Shown here one piece after another: positions 44,509 through 56,396 of a stretch of DNA of 64,000 nucleotides. The DNA comes from Octopus vulgaris (taxonomy: Eukaryota): the NCBI GenBank assembly GCA_951406725.2, contig OX597814.1, positions 170,562,001 to 170,626,000 of the forward strand. Direction: 5' to 3'. A program made the position numbers and the translations under genes. Positions within the stretch are counted from its first letter, which is position 1; each line of letters begins with the position of its first letter. Under the pieces are notes generated by a model. It did not search any database. It was not told the origin of the DNA and saw nothing but the letters and a program-made list of their open reading frames with translations.

Positions 44509-45460
44509 TTTGGTGAATGAGTAAAGATAACATAGTGTTGAGAGGATCCTTTAGTCTAACAGAATACCTAGCAACTTCACTGGTGCTGGTACCATTATAA
44601 CAACCATCCTGTTTACTCTGTAAAATGATTGGTGAATTAGTGAAGAAAATACAATATTGAGAGAACCCTTTAGTCTTTCCAAATACATAATCTCTCTAGT
44701 TCCAGTATCATGATAATGAAATTATTGTATACAGTGCTCAGGTGCACCACAACTTGTCAAAAGTTTATATAAAGCATATGCAGTAATATACAAATGTCTG
44801 GAAAGTGAACAGTGTATGAGTCAGATACATGCTTGCATAAGAGAAAATAAGATGTAGTGTTGGTGAATCTCAGGAAGTTTTGATGAATTACACCTAAGAA
44901 AATCCATAAAATGTTTGGATTCTGTGAGAGCATCCAGTCAGAAACTGTCAGATGGAGTGTATAAGCAAGATGTGTTTTTCCTACTGTCCCTTAAACCATT
45001 GTCCAGTTTAATACCATGATCTGGCTCTCAGGTGATTTTAATGAATCTGTTTTGCTATGAGTATTCAAATCTCCATTCTCCATTTTTTTCTTTCTTTCTC
45101 TATAACATTCATGGAGATAATTCATTAAGAACACCTCCTCTTCTGACAAAGCAAATTGCATTTCTTTCAATTTTTGTTTTTTTTATGATGTATGTGAATT
45201 ACAGGTTGTCCATCTCTAAGCCATGCATTACTGAAAACTAATAAATCACTTAATATTTAATTAATGCTAATTGTAGACATTATATCCTAAGGCAATTACA
45301 TAATTCTATTTGTTTTGTAGAAAGAAAACCCTCCAAAAAGCTTTTGAGTTTAAGAGATTAGGAAACTAAATTCATATTCTTTTCTGTCCTCTCTACATCA
45401 TTGACCCCTACATTGTATTTTCTTCCTGGTTCATGCCAATCTTAGAGACTCAGCAAAAGG

Positions 45461-45509
<49 letters not shown>

Positions 45510-45627
45510 CAATAGGCTTACTTTAGTTCTTGTCTGCCAAATATACTTACAAGGTTGACCCAGAACCATAATAGAAGATAATTGTCTAAGGTGCATGGCA
45601 ATTTGAGCATGTATCTTCAACTATAGT

Positions 45628-45680
<53 letters not shown>

Positions 45681-45757
45681 TAAGGGTAGAAATTGATATT
45701 TATCAATTAAGACCAGTGGTCTAGCATATTAAAAAAGAATCCGAAGATTAAAATATT

Positions 45758-46249
45758 TATATATACCAATTAAGGACTGAACACGAAAAGTGGACAGTCA
45801 ACATGCTAGATATAGACGTCAAATCGTCATTCTCCACAAAAGATTATGTTCTCAGATCAAACTCAACACAAAACCATAGCAATAAACAAGTGAAAAATAT
45901 ACGAAATAAAATAATTACCCATGTACTAACTTAGTTTCAACTGTTATTTTCCGCAAGGAAAACTGCAGCCATCATCAACATGGTCTGTTATAAATGTAAT
46001 TTATAAATTACATTTATAACAGACCATGCTGATGATGGCTGCAGTTTTCCTTGCGGAAAATAACAGCTGAAACTAAGTTAGTACATGGGTAATTATTTTA
46101 TTTCGTATATTTTTCACTTGTTTATTGCTATGGTTTTGTGTTGAGTTTGATCTGAGAACATAATCTTTTGTGGAGAATGACGATTTGACGTCTATATCTA
46201 GCATGTTGACTGTCCACTTTTCGTGTTCAGTCCTTAATTGGTATATATA
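45758..46249. repeat. Spacer-less 492-bp palindrome within a Penelope-type element starting near 45672
   Basis: Centre at 46003/46004, with 246-bp arms. Two mismatches seen (45940/46067 and 45978/46029). Confidence 0.93.
46024..46088 (+). ncRNA. Type I hammerhead ribozyme with intact core
   Basis: ccatg-CTGATGA-t-ggctg..ttttcc ttgc ggaaaa..cagct-GAAA-ct aagtt a-GTA-catgg. All three stems can form. Confidence 0.8.
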
Positions 46250-46261
46250 TATATATATATA

Positions 46262-46778
46262 TCATCATCGTCGTTTAACGTCCGTTCTCCATGCTAGCAT
46301 GGGTTGGACGGTTCGACCGGGGTTCTGGGAAGCCAGAAGGCTGCACCAGGCTCCAGTCTAAATTTGGCAATGTTTCTACAGCTGGATGCCCTTCCTAACG
46401 CCAACCACTCCGTGAGTGTAGTGGGTGCTTTTTACGTGCCACCTGCACAGGTGCCAGGCGGGGCTGATATATATATATATATATATATATATTGAGGGAA
46501 AAATTCAATTTAGAAATACTAAATCAAATTTCACAATATGTATATATATATATACTTTTATTCTTTTATTCTTTCTCTTGTTTTCAATCATTTGACTGCG
46601 GCCATGCTGGAGCACCACCTTTAATCGGACAAATCGACCCCAGGACTTATTCTTTGTAAGCCTAGTAGTTATTCTATTGGTCACTTTTGCTGAACCACTA
46701 AGTTATGGGGATGTAAACACACCAGCATCAGTTGTCAAGCGATGGTGGGGAGACAAACAGAGAACAAACAAACACATA

Positions 46779-46830
<52 letters not shown>
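46262..46830 (-). mobile_element. Family B fragment (46262-46465) and SINE family A 3' part (about 46555-46830)
   Basis: Homology to other copies in the window. Confidence 0.75.
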
Positions 46831-46832
<2 letters not shown>

Positions 46833-46833
<1 letters not shown>

Positions 46834-48656
46834 TCTTCTTATGTCCAACTTTTCTCTCAGGGCACTTGTATATGCACACTGACATTACACATCCAGCAGA
46901 GCATACTAGCTTCATTTCTTTCAAGCCTACGCATATCTTCAGCAGTCACAGCTTTTCTCACATATGCATCATACAGTCTACCTTTCATTCTGAGTGAGAA
47001 GCCCTTTATTTCCAGCAGAGGTAGGAGCTCTCTGAACTTTGCCGAGGCTATTCCCATTTTAGCAACTACACTCTCAGAACATCTACCCCCACTACTGACT
47101 TGGTTACCTAGGTAACAGAAGCTATCAATTACTTTTAGTTTTGCCCCCTGGAATGTGAGGGAATCTGTTTTCTGTACATCTTTGATGTTTATTGGCCCTG
47201 TTTATTGCATCTGCCATGCACAAAAACTATCTTGCCAGTTAACCTTCCTCTGATATTGCTGCACCTCTTTTGTGTCCATATCTTACACCAGGTATATCTT
47301 ATGGAGTTTCTACCTACGCCCTTTTCTGCAGATCGAGCAGAGCTATCTACCTGAAGAGATTTGCAATTTGTCTGCCTTCCTTCTTACTAAGACTTTGGTT
47401 TTTGCTAGATTGACTCTAAGGCCCTTCAATTTTCAACACCTGAAACTTCTCCTCTAGTTCTGATAGTGACTCAGCTATTAGAACAAGGTCATCAACATAG
47501 AGGAGCTACCAGGGGTAGCCTGTCTTGAATTCCTCTGTTATTACCTGGAGGACTATGATGAATAAGAGAGGGCTGAGGACTGGTCCTTGGTGAACCCCTA
47601 CTTTTACCTGGAATTCTTCACTATATGCATTTCCAACCCTCACCTTACTGACAGCATCCCTGTACATGGCTTGTACAGCTCTCACTAACCATTCATCTAT
47701 CCCTAGTTTCTGCATTGACTACCAGATAAGGGATCGGGGGACCCTGTCAAAGGCTTTCTTCATGTCAACAAAAGCCAAGTACATAGGTTTAGCTTTGGCT
47801 AGGAATTTCTCCTGCAGCTCTCTTACCAGAAATATAGCATCAATGGTGCTTCTCCCTGACACAAACCCAAACTGCATCTCATCTAAACTGACACTCTCCC
47901 TAATTAGTTGGGCTACAACCCCTCTGTAACTTTCATCACCTGATCCAACAATTTGATACCTCTGTAATTATTCCTAGCTAACATATCACCTCTACCTTTG
48001 TAGCAGTTGACTGTGGTGCTGCTACACCAGTAATTCGGTATGACTCCTTCATGTATCACATGGTTAACTATATGGGTGACTAAGCTATAGCCTACACTGC
48101 CTGATATTTTAAGCATCTCAGCAGTGATTCTTGATGAGCTGGGGGCTTTCCCTGTCTTCATACCCTTAACTGCTTTATCTACCAAGGTACTGTCAATATG
48201 AATAGTTGGAAGACTCTCTTTCTCCCATTCATTCTCTTCATTTAGCAACCTTTCATAGTGGTGTCTCCAAGTCTCTCTCTTTGCAGCATCATTAAATGCA
48301 AGTGAGCCATCATCCATGTGGACACATTTCTCTCCTATGGCATCAAGATTCTCTCTCACACACCATCTTGCAATAAGAAACACTTCATGTCTCTGGTCCT
48401 GATGGCACAGAACATTGGCAAATTGTTTCTTTTCTGTATCCCCTCTGGCTAAGTAAACCTGTCTCCTAGCTTCCCTTCTGGCGATTGATGCAGTTCCCTG
48501 CTACAACCACACCTGCAGTCCTTCCATGCCTGTTTCTTTACCCTAATGGCCCTTTCAACTACATTGTTCCACCACCATGTTACCTTAGGTTGAGAAGGGA
48601 CTTTGCACCATCCACAGATATGGTTTGTAGCCCTCAGAAGGTTGTCTTGTAGGAAC

Positions 48657-48660
<4 letters not shown>
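46833..48660 (-). mobile_element. Degenerate RTE-clade LINE (RT pseudogene)
   Basis: Frameshifted pieces: WWWNNVVERAIRVKK, KGRGD..NNYRGIKLL, VGVHQGPVLSPLLF, LRMKGRLYDAYVR. Confidence 0.88.
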
Positions 48661-48693
<33 letters not shown>

Positions 48694-48697
<4 letters not shown>

Positions 48698-49180
48698 TCA
48701 TCATCATTTAGCGTCCGTTTTCCATGCTAGCATGGGTTGGACGGTTTAACTGGGGTCTGTGAAGCCAGAAGGCTTCATCAGGCCCAGTCAGATTTGGCAG
48801 TGTTTCTATGGCTGGATGCCCTTCCTAACGCCAACCACTCCGTGAGTGTAGTGGGTGCTTTTTACGTGCCACCTGCACAGGTGCCAGACAGAGCTGGCAA
48901 ACGGCCACAAACGGATGGTGTTTTTATGTGCTACCGGCACGGGGCCAGGTGAGGCTGGCAACGGACACGAGCGGATGGTGGTTTTACGTGCCAACGGCAT
49001 GGGGGCCAGGCGAGGCTGGCAACGGACACGAACGGATGGTGCTTTTACGTGCTACCGGCACGGGGGCCAGGCAAGGCTGGCAACAGACACGAGCGGATGG
49101 TGGTTTTACGTGCCAACGGCACGGGGGCCAGGCGAGGCTGGCAACGGACACGAACGGATGGTGTTTTTACGTGCTACCAT
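48694..49180 (-). mobile_element. Family B element with an internal ~61-bp tandem array
   Basis: ggctggcaacggacacga.cggatggtg..tttacgtgc repeated about 4-5 times. Confidence 0.8.
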
Positions 49181-49450
49181 CACAATATATGTCCTTTTTA
49201 TTCATTTTTTGGAAACATTTAGAATATTTATATAAAGCTCCTTATGTCAGCTACAGCTTAAGGATGCCAACAGGCAATAACAGTTTTTGGGGGTCACACT
49301 AAGCTGTGCCTATACAATGTAGGATAAATATAGCAATAATAATTCTTGGATGAAATTTACAAATATTTTATAAATATATTTTACAAATATTTATAAATGC
49401 CATCTAAGGCTTATTATTATTGCTATATATATATATATATATATATATAT

Positions 49451-49620
49451 ACCGGAGTAAACACATAAATGTGAAACAAGGTGGAAAAAAGAGTACTCAA
49501 ATACCAGTGGTAGAGTAATATGCTTTATTTAAAGCAGCAGAAAATTCAACAAAACCTGTTACTCTGAGTTTCGCATAACAGGTTGTGTTGAATTTTCTGA
49601 TGCTTTAAATAAAGTATATA
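49451..49620. repeat. Small foldback with ~43-bp arms (49519-49561 / 49576-49618) between TA tracts
   Basis: gctttatttaaagcagcagaaaattcaac pairs with gttgaattttctgatgctttaaataaagt. Confidence 0.85.
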
Positions 49621-49798
49621 TATATATATATATATTACATTATAAGGGTAGAAATTGATATTAATCAATTAAAATCAGTGGGTTAGCATATTCTAAAAAA
49701 TCTGAAGATTAAAAATTGTGTTACATACAAAATTTAAAAGACTGACCACTAAAGTGGACAGCCTATATGCTAAACATAGATGTCAAATCGCCATGGTG

Positions 49799-49850
<52 letters not shown>

Positions 49851-50206
49851 GCACATTGTTATAAACGTATGGTCCATAATATACTTTGGATTTACACAAG
49901 GAGCTGGTTCTGAAAGAGGTGTATACATATATGCTAGTTAATGTGGTTGAACCAAAAGTGACATGTTTGAGAAGCAAACATCTTAATCACACTGCCATAT
50001 TTTTTACCCATGTTGCCTTCTACATCAGACCATGTTTTATGCCTAATCTTAAGCTAAGCACTGCATATATAGATTCTCATGTGCTTGCATATTCACATAA
50101 ACACACATACACGTGTATATATAACATGAATGCACGCATACATGTGTAAGTACATACATATATATACATATATATATAAAGACATACACACACATATATA
50201 TATTTA

Positions 50207-50262
<56 letters not shown>

Positions 50263-51020
50263 CATATATGCATAGATAGATAGATAGATAAATATATATA
50301 TATGGGTGTATGTTGTTCATGTTTCTCTAAATACACATAACCCACTACTCTTCCCCTACCACATGTATATATACACACAATAACCATAAAATTCATATAA
50401 GTCATGTAAACTTGTGAAAATGGCTTTTGTGATTTTCAAAATAGATGTCAACAAAACATGATAGAAAGTTAAATTTTGGATTGAAATTGCTGTTGAGACA
50501 CTAGAATGTTCTTACAAGTCTTAAATCTTCTCCAGATGCTATATCTATAAACAATAATGTTGGGAGATCTAAATTTATCGAAGACAAGAATTGCTCTTCC
50601 ATTCCTTGTAAAAACATGTTAGCAAATTGTGAATAGCGAAGATTAAAGATGCTTATCAATATATTTAAAACAAAGCAAATATTTCTATTCTTTATTTTGT
50701 GTCTTGCGGAAATCATCGGTGATAACAGGTCTAAGGAATTGGTTTGGTCTGTGATTTATCATTCAACAGACAGTTTATCGATGGCTTGAGAACTTTAAAT
50801 AAGTTTTGCTTATATGGCATAAATGAAGTTATAAACAGTTTGATTTGGTTCCATACATACACACACACAACAATATTGGCGCATGGTGTGGTATGGTGCA
50901 TGATGATGTGTTGTAGTATTGTAGAGTGGGGTGTGCTGATGTAGTGCGCTGTGCTATAGTGTGGTGTTGGTCAGCAGGAGAGGGTGGGTTGAATTAGTAT
51001 GAATGTTCCAATGTTTTCAG

Positions 51021-51217
51021 TAAAGACAGAAAGCAATCAAAGATGTATAATAGCAGAGGTCATGGAAAAGAGTGCAGAATACTATCTCTTTTGGCAGTGA
51101 TAATAAAGAACAGAGGGAGAAATTGGATATTGTCCCGGTAGCAAGGTCACGACTTAGTGAACAGAGCTAATCGCTGAAGCCAAACACTCAAGACATATTG
51201 ATGGATCAATACATTTG
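51021..51217 (+). other. Unique island with several candidate small exons (e.g. 51021-51058, 51021-51137, 51165-51217)
   Basis: Acceptors gttttcag| and gtgaacag|, donor TTG|gtgaga. Complementary segments at 51355-51529. Confidence 0.35.
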
Positions 51218-52239
51218 GTGAGAAGCCTTGCCTTGACATGCTGCCAATTAGAAACAAAAGCTATCAGACAGAAATACCCTTAATCCTACTGCTGTTCTTA
51301 GAATCTTGATTCCGGTTTCCTTTCCCTATGTTATTAGCTTAATTTTTAACTAATTCCGAATGTAAGATGCTGCTTCATGTGTCAAAAACGTCTCGGTTTT
51401 GGAGAGCTTACAGTGTCAGCAGAATAAATGTTGATAATTAATGCAACTTCCCATTAACTGGTGACTTAATTACAATCTGTTACCTGGGTTTTAGTAAAAC
51501 TTTGCTATTTGAGGAAATGTACATTCGGAGATAAAATACTATATTAGTAAATAAATATTAAGAAATATAAAAAAAGAAAAAAAAAGAAAGGAAAAATCAT
51601 GATTCCCCCTAATCTAATGGATTATTGGACACTGCTAGCATTATATGTAGGATAAGTCAACTTTGACAGAGACTGTCTTCTCTAAGCTGTAACATGAATG
51701 CATTACTGAAAGTTAATAAAGCACTTAGCATTTATATAGTGCTACCACTGTTTAACATATTGAATTATTAAATACCATATTTCAATCTCCTTCTCCTTTT
51801 CCCTTTTTTTCCTGTGTAATAATACCAATACATTCCATATTGTTAAAAATCTATAATATTCTGCTTGTCATGACATGTGTTATGCTTTAAGCAACCTCAA
51901 CAATGGAACAAAATCAAGGCTATAAAAAAAATCGTTAACATAATGAAACAATGTTTTGATGTTTTATAAGATTAAGTGTAAAAAGCACATAGAATATTTA
52001 TAAAATGTGGAATTTCTATAGGTCAGAGCTGTGTATTTAAGAAGTTTGCTTCCTAACCACATGGTTTTGGGTTCATGTGGATACATGAACACAAAGTCAC
52101 ACAGTATGGTACCTTGAGCAAGCATCTTCTACTATATCCCTGAACTGAGCAGAACCTTGTGAGTAGATTTAACAGATGAAAACTGAAAGAAGCCCATCAT
52201 ATGTGTGTGCAATATATATATATATATATATGTATGTAT

Positions 52240-52450
52240 CTGGCCCTCATGCCAGTGGTACGTAAAAGCACCCATTACACTCTCAGAGTGGTTGGCATTA
52301 GGAAGGGAATCCAGCGGCGGTAGAAATCTTGCCAGATCAGATTGAAGCCTGGTGCAGCCTTCTGGCTTGCCAGTCCTTTGTCAAACCATCCAACCCATGC
52401 CAGCATGGAAAACGGACATTAAACGATGATGATGACAATGATGATGATGA
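52240..52450 (+). mobile_element. Family B element
   Basis: Homology to other copies. Confidence 0.75.
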
Positions 52451-53899
52451 TTATATTTGATGGAAAAAAAGCATCTGATGATAAGATAGACTGCAAATAA
52501 TCTTTGTGCGGCAGACAATATACGCAGATCTGCACCACTCATGCAACCATTCTAGAAACAGCTGTAAAGTACTGCCTGCTACCTCTTTTCTATCAATTCT
52601 AAGTATTTTTTTTTATCTCTAGCACCACTGATCTGCTTACCCTTCTAATCACATCTACACTATGGATTTCCTTTCTACATTAACTTTGAGTGTACCAATC
52701 TACATCTGAACTATTATGAACTTTCCACCTTTCAAACTCCTTCTGGTTTTCTAACACATATATTTCATATATATATATATTCGCATTTCTCTTCAATATG
52801 TTATATAAATAAGCTATAAATTGATTTGTCTATGCTTTTGTTTCTTTACACCTACACTAGTTTGGCTGATATATTGCTTATAGCCAATTCTCATTTCAGC
52901 AGATCTCACATCTCTGCACTCATTGCTGGAGTTCAGGCACTGATTCAACCTGAGCATTCATTACATGCACCTACTGTTTTATGCCATTTGGCATCTTATT
53001 ACTCACCACTCATGTGTGTGTGTGTTGTATGTGTATGTGTTTGTATACACAAACATGCACATATGCATATGAATATATATTTGCATTTACGTATATTTGT
53101 GTTCATGTGCACATACATATCTGTATATGTTTATCTGTCCTTGTCTTGATATCATATAATAGCTGTAAATGAGCGTCATTGTCACACAAGCAGTGTTGTT
53201 CATTTCCAGTGTTCTGTGTAAATACAGTCAACCTTGGAAAAAAATCACCTTACTTGGACACAATTAGTAACAGGAAGGGCATTTAGACTTCGAAAATCTG
53301 ATGCAATGAATTCTGTCTAATCCATGTAAGCATGGATGAGTGGGTGTAAAATGATGATGGTGATGATGACGACAACGTTGGAGACTATCGCTTCAGCATG
53401 CTTTTATGTTGTTTTCCATTACCATGGATACTAGCACTGTACCATTTATACAATTTCATGGCGACAAAGTTAGTTTTTGTTGTACCTCATGCCATCCTTT
53501 GTGCAGCTGTAACAATTCCAATTTTTTTTTTTTCATCAGGTATAGTACAGTATATCTAGGATTGTATTATACATTGCAGCCTTCCCTTTTAAAAGATGTT
53601 AAGTTGTGATTTGAGGAAAATTTAGTTGCTATTTCCAGCAGATCTAGCAAATCAGACTAAGTAGAAGCTTCCTCATTGACTCACCTGCTGAGTTGTTGTT
53701 ATTTAGCGTCCAGATCAGCTCTGAAGTAGACCTAATATCGAAGACATTCCAACTATGACCTTCACAGCAATTTGTTTCATGTATAGTGTAGTATCTCTTT
53801 CACAACCCTCCCTGGTGTGTCCTGTTTTCAGATATAAAAGTGTTTATTTCAACTTCGTCATTTTCAGACATTATTTCAGGTGAAAAGTTTTAGTTTGAT

Positions 53900-54890
53900 A
53901 GCATAGCTGGGCACTCCATCGGTTACAATGAGTGTTTCAGTTGACACGATCAATGGAACAACTTGCTCATCAAATTAATGCACAAGTGACTGAGTACTCC
54001 ACAGACATGTGTACCCTTTAATGTAGTTCTCAGAGAGAGATTCAGCGTGATACATTTAATGTCACAAAGCTGGCCTCTTGAACTACAGGTACAACTCGTT
54101 TTTGCCAGCTGAGTGGACTGGAACAATGTGAAATAAAGTGTCTTGCTCAAGGACACATTGTGCCACCAGGAATTGAACTCATGACCTTATGATTGTGAAC
54201 TGAATACCCTAACCACTAAGCCACATGTATATGAGTACATATGAGTACAACGTGAGTACAAATCAATTTGGTAGAGTTGTTAGAATATCTAATAGAATGC
54301 CTTGTGGTATTTGTTTCAACTCTCTATACTCTGAGTTCAAATTCTAAATTGATACTGATAAACAATACCAATTTAGGGTGATGGAACTGTCAAAATATTG
54401 AATCAGTACCTTGTGGTATTTATTTTAGTTCTTTGCATTCTGAGTTCAAATTATTCTATAGCTTATTTGAGTGGTAGATTTAACCGAAAGGTTCTCAACA
54501 TTAGCAAAACTGTCCCCAAGGGGGTGCTGGATATGTTGAAGGAGGTGTTAGGCTTTGGGTGGGGCGGGGTGAGGAGTGAGGTAATATAACATACTAAATT
54601 CTACCTATACTAGGAATTATATTAAATAAATAAAAAATAAATGCGCCCTTTTAAAGCCTAGCCAGGCTCATGGGCCCGGTTTCCCGGTTTCAATGGCATA
54701 TGTGTTCCCCAGCTGGACGGGACGCCAGTCCATTGCAGCGTTGCTCATTTTTGCCAGCTGAGTGGACTGGAGCAACGTGGAATGAAGTGTTTTGCTCAAG
54801 AACACAACGCATCGCCCGGTCAAGGAATCGAAACCACAATCTTACGATCAAGATGCTGACACCCTAACCACTAAGCCACATGCCTCCACT
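53900..54890 (-). mobile_element. Two tRNA-derived SINEs (about 53900-54225 and 54635-54890)
   Basis: Homology to 27260-27510 and family C heads. Confidence 0.75.
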
Positions 54891-55589
54891 AGGAATTATA
54901 TTACACATGATAAAACTAGTAATGGTTATTAAAATAAAATGAAATCTCATCAGGCACAGGGAAGTCATTAACTTGCAATGTATACAGTAAATTTACAACG
55001 TTTTGTCTTTATTAATTTTTCTCTTTTTTTTTATCATTTCACTGTTAAAAGCTTATACAGTCCATTTTTTGAGTAAAATTTATGAATTATCATTCATGTT
55101 AAGATGGTTTAGTTGTTATACCTCACTCGCCACTGAGGTGGGTGCCAGGCATAACTATTTAACCTTTTCGTTACCAACCCGGCTGAAACCGGCTCTGGCT
55201 CTGTAGTACAAATGTCTTGTTTTCATATGTTTTGAATTAAAATCTTCCATCAAACCTTAGTCACAATTTATGTTCCTAACACTAGCTTAATGATAAGTTA
55301 TTTTACTAAATTCTTTGTCACCTGATTTTAATGCTACCACCTGGTTCCTTAAATGGCTTTTGCAGAATCCAATCTGATGCAAGCATTAGAGCCAGGTCTT
55401 CAGTTTAAGGATTACTTTCTCCCTTCCTTCTGCCCACCAGTCTCAAGGCCCTGTCAAGAATCATAGGCACTAAACAAAATGATATATTGCTAAAGGTCTC
55501 GGTCCCTTGTCACTACCTCTGTGAGGCCTCCTCCACCAAATTCTCTTTATTTCTTCATCTAGTTTGTTTTTTCAGATTTACCATTTTTA

Positions 55590-55855
55590 CTGCTGGACTG
55601 GCTCCCGTGCAAGTGGCACATAAAAAACACCATTGAGCATGGCCGTTGCCAGTATGACCAAATTGGCTCACATGCCGGTGGCACGTAAAAGCACCCACTA
55701 CACTCTTGGAGTGGTTGGCATTAGGAAGGGCATCCAGCTGTAGAAACTCTGCCAGATCAGACTGGAGTCTGGTTCACCAGACTTCAGTCAAATCGTCCAA
55801 CCCATGCTAGCATGGAAAGTGGACGTTAAGTGATGATGATGATGATGATGATGAT
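55590..55855 (+). mobile_element. Family B element
   Basis: Homology to 12960-13250. Confidence 0.75.
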
Positions 55856-56361
55856 TATCACCCTTTTGATGTACAAAAAAAAAAAAATTAATTAAAACAC
55901 ACCCTGGCTTTTGTGTCAGGAATACTCCTGCAATGGAACCTTTTTTCTCATTGGATCTCCTAATATGCATGATTGAATGTGTAGTTATTAGAAGGTTAGA
56001 TGTATAAGAAGCTGTTTGCAAGAGCAGGAAGGTTGTATAATGGTGTAGACATGAGAGATGAACATGATTTGAGAAAGAGAAACACACACACACAAGACAG
56101 TTATTTATAGTCTCAAGTGGTATCATTATTTGACTGAAAACAGTTAAATGAAATCTCAGTGAGTGAACTATAAGTAAATTGTTTATTAAAGAGAGTTAGA
56201 CCAAAGTAAAACATGTTCAAGGTAGCTTAATCAGAGCTAAGAAGACGTTTTCGAAATGCATAGAAGATTATATGATAATTATATGATAAGTATATAAGAT
56301 ATGATAAGTATATAGTAAGATATGAGCAAAGATAGGAAAAAATTATCTTTGCCCCCTGCAG

Positions 56362-56396
56362 TTACTAATTGTCAAGAGATGTCACTAGTTGTTAAG
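56362..56396 (+). other. Candidate 35-nt exon (xTNCQEMSLVVK)
   Basis: ttatctttgccccctgcag|TTACT...AAG|gtggtt. The pyrimidine tract is paired in a 10-bp local hairpin, gcaaagatag / ttatctttgc. Confidence 0.35.

Noticed and set aside
48860-49180. CRISPR-like periodicity
   Set aside because: The units are fully repeated with no unique spacers, the context is eukaryotic, and there are no cas genes.
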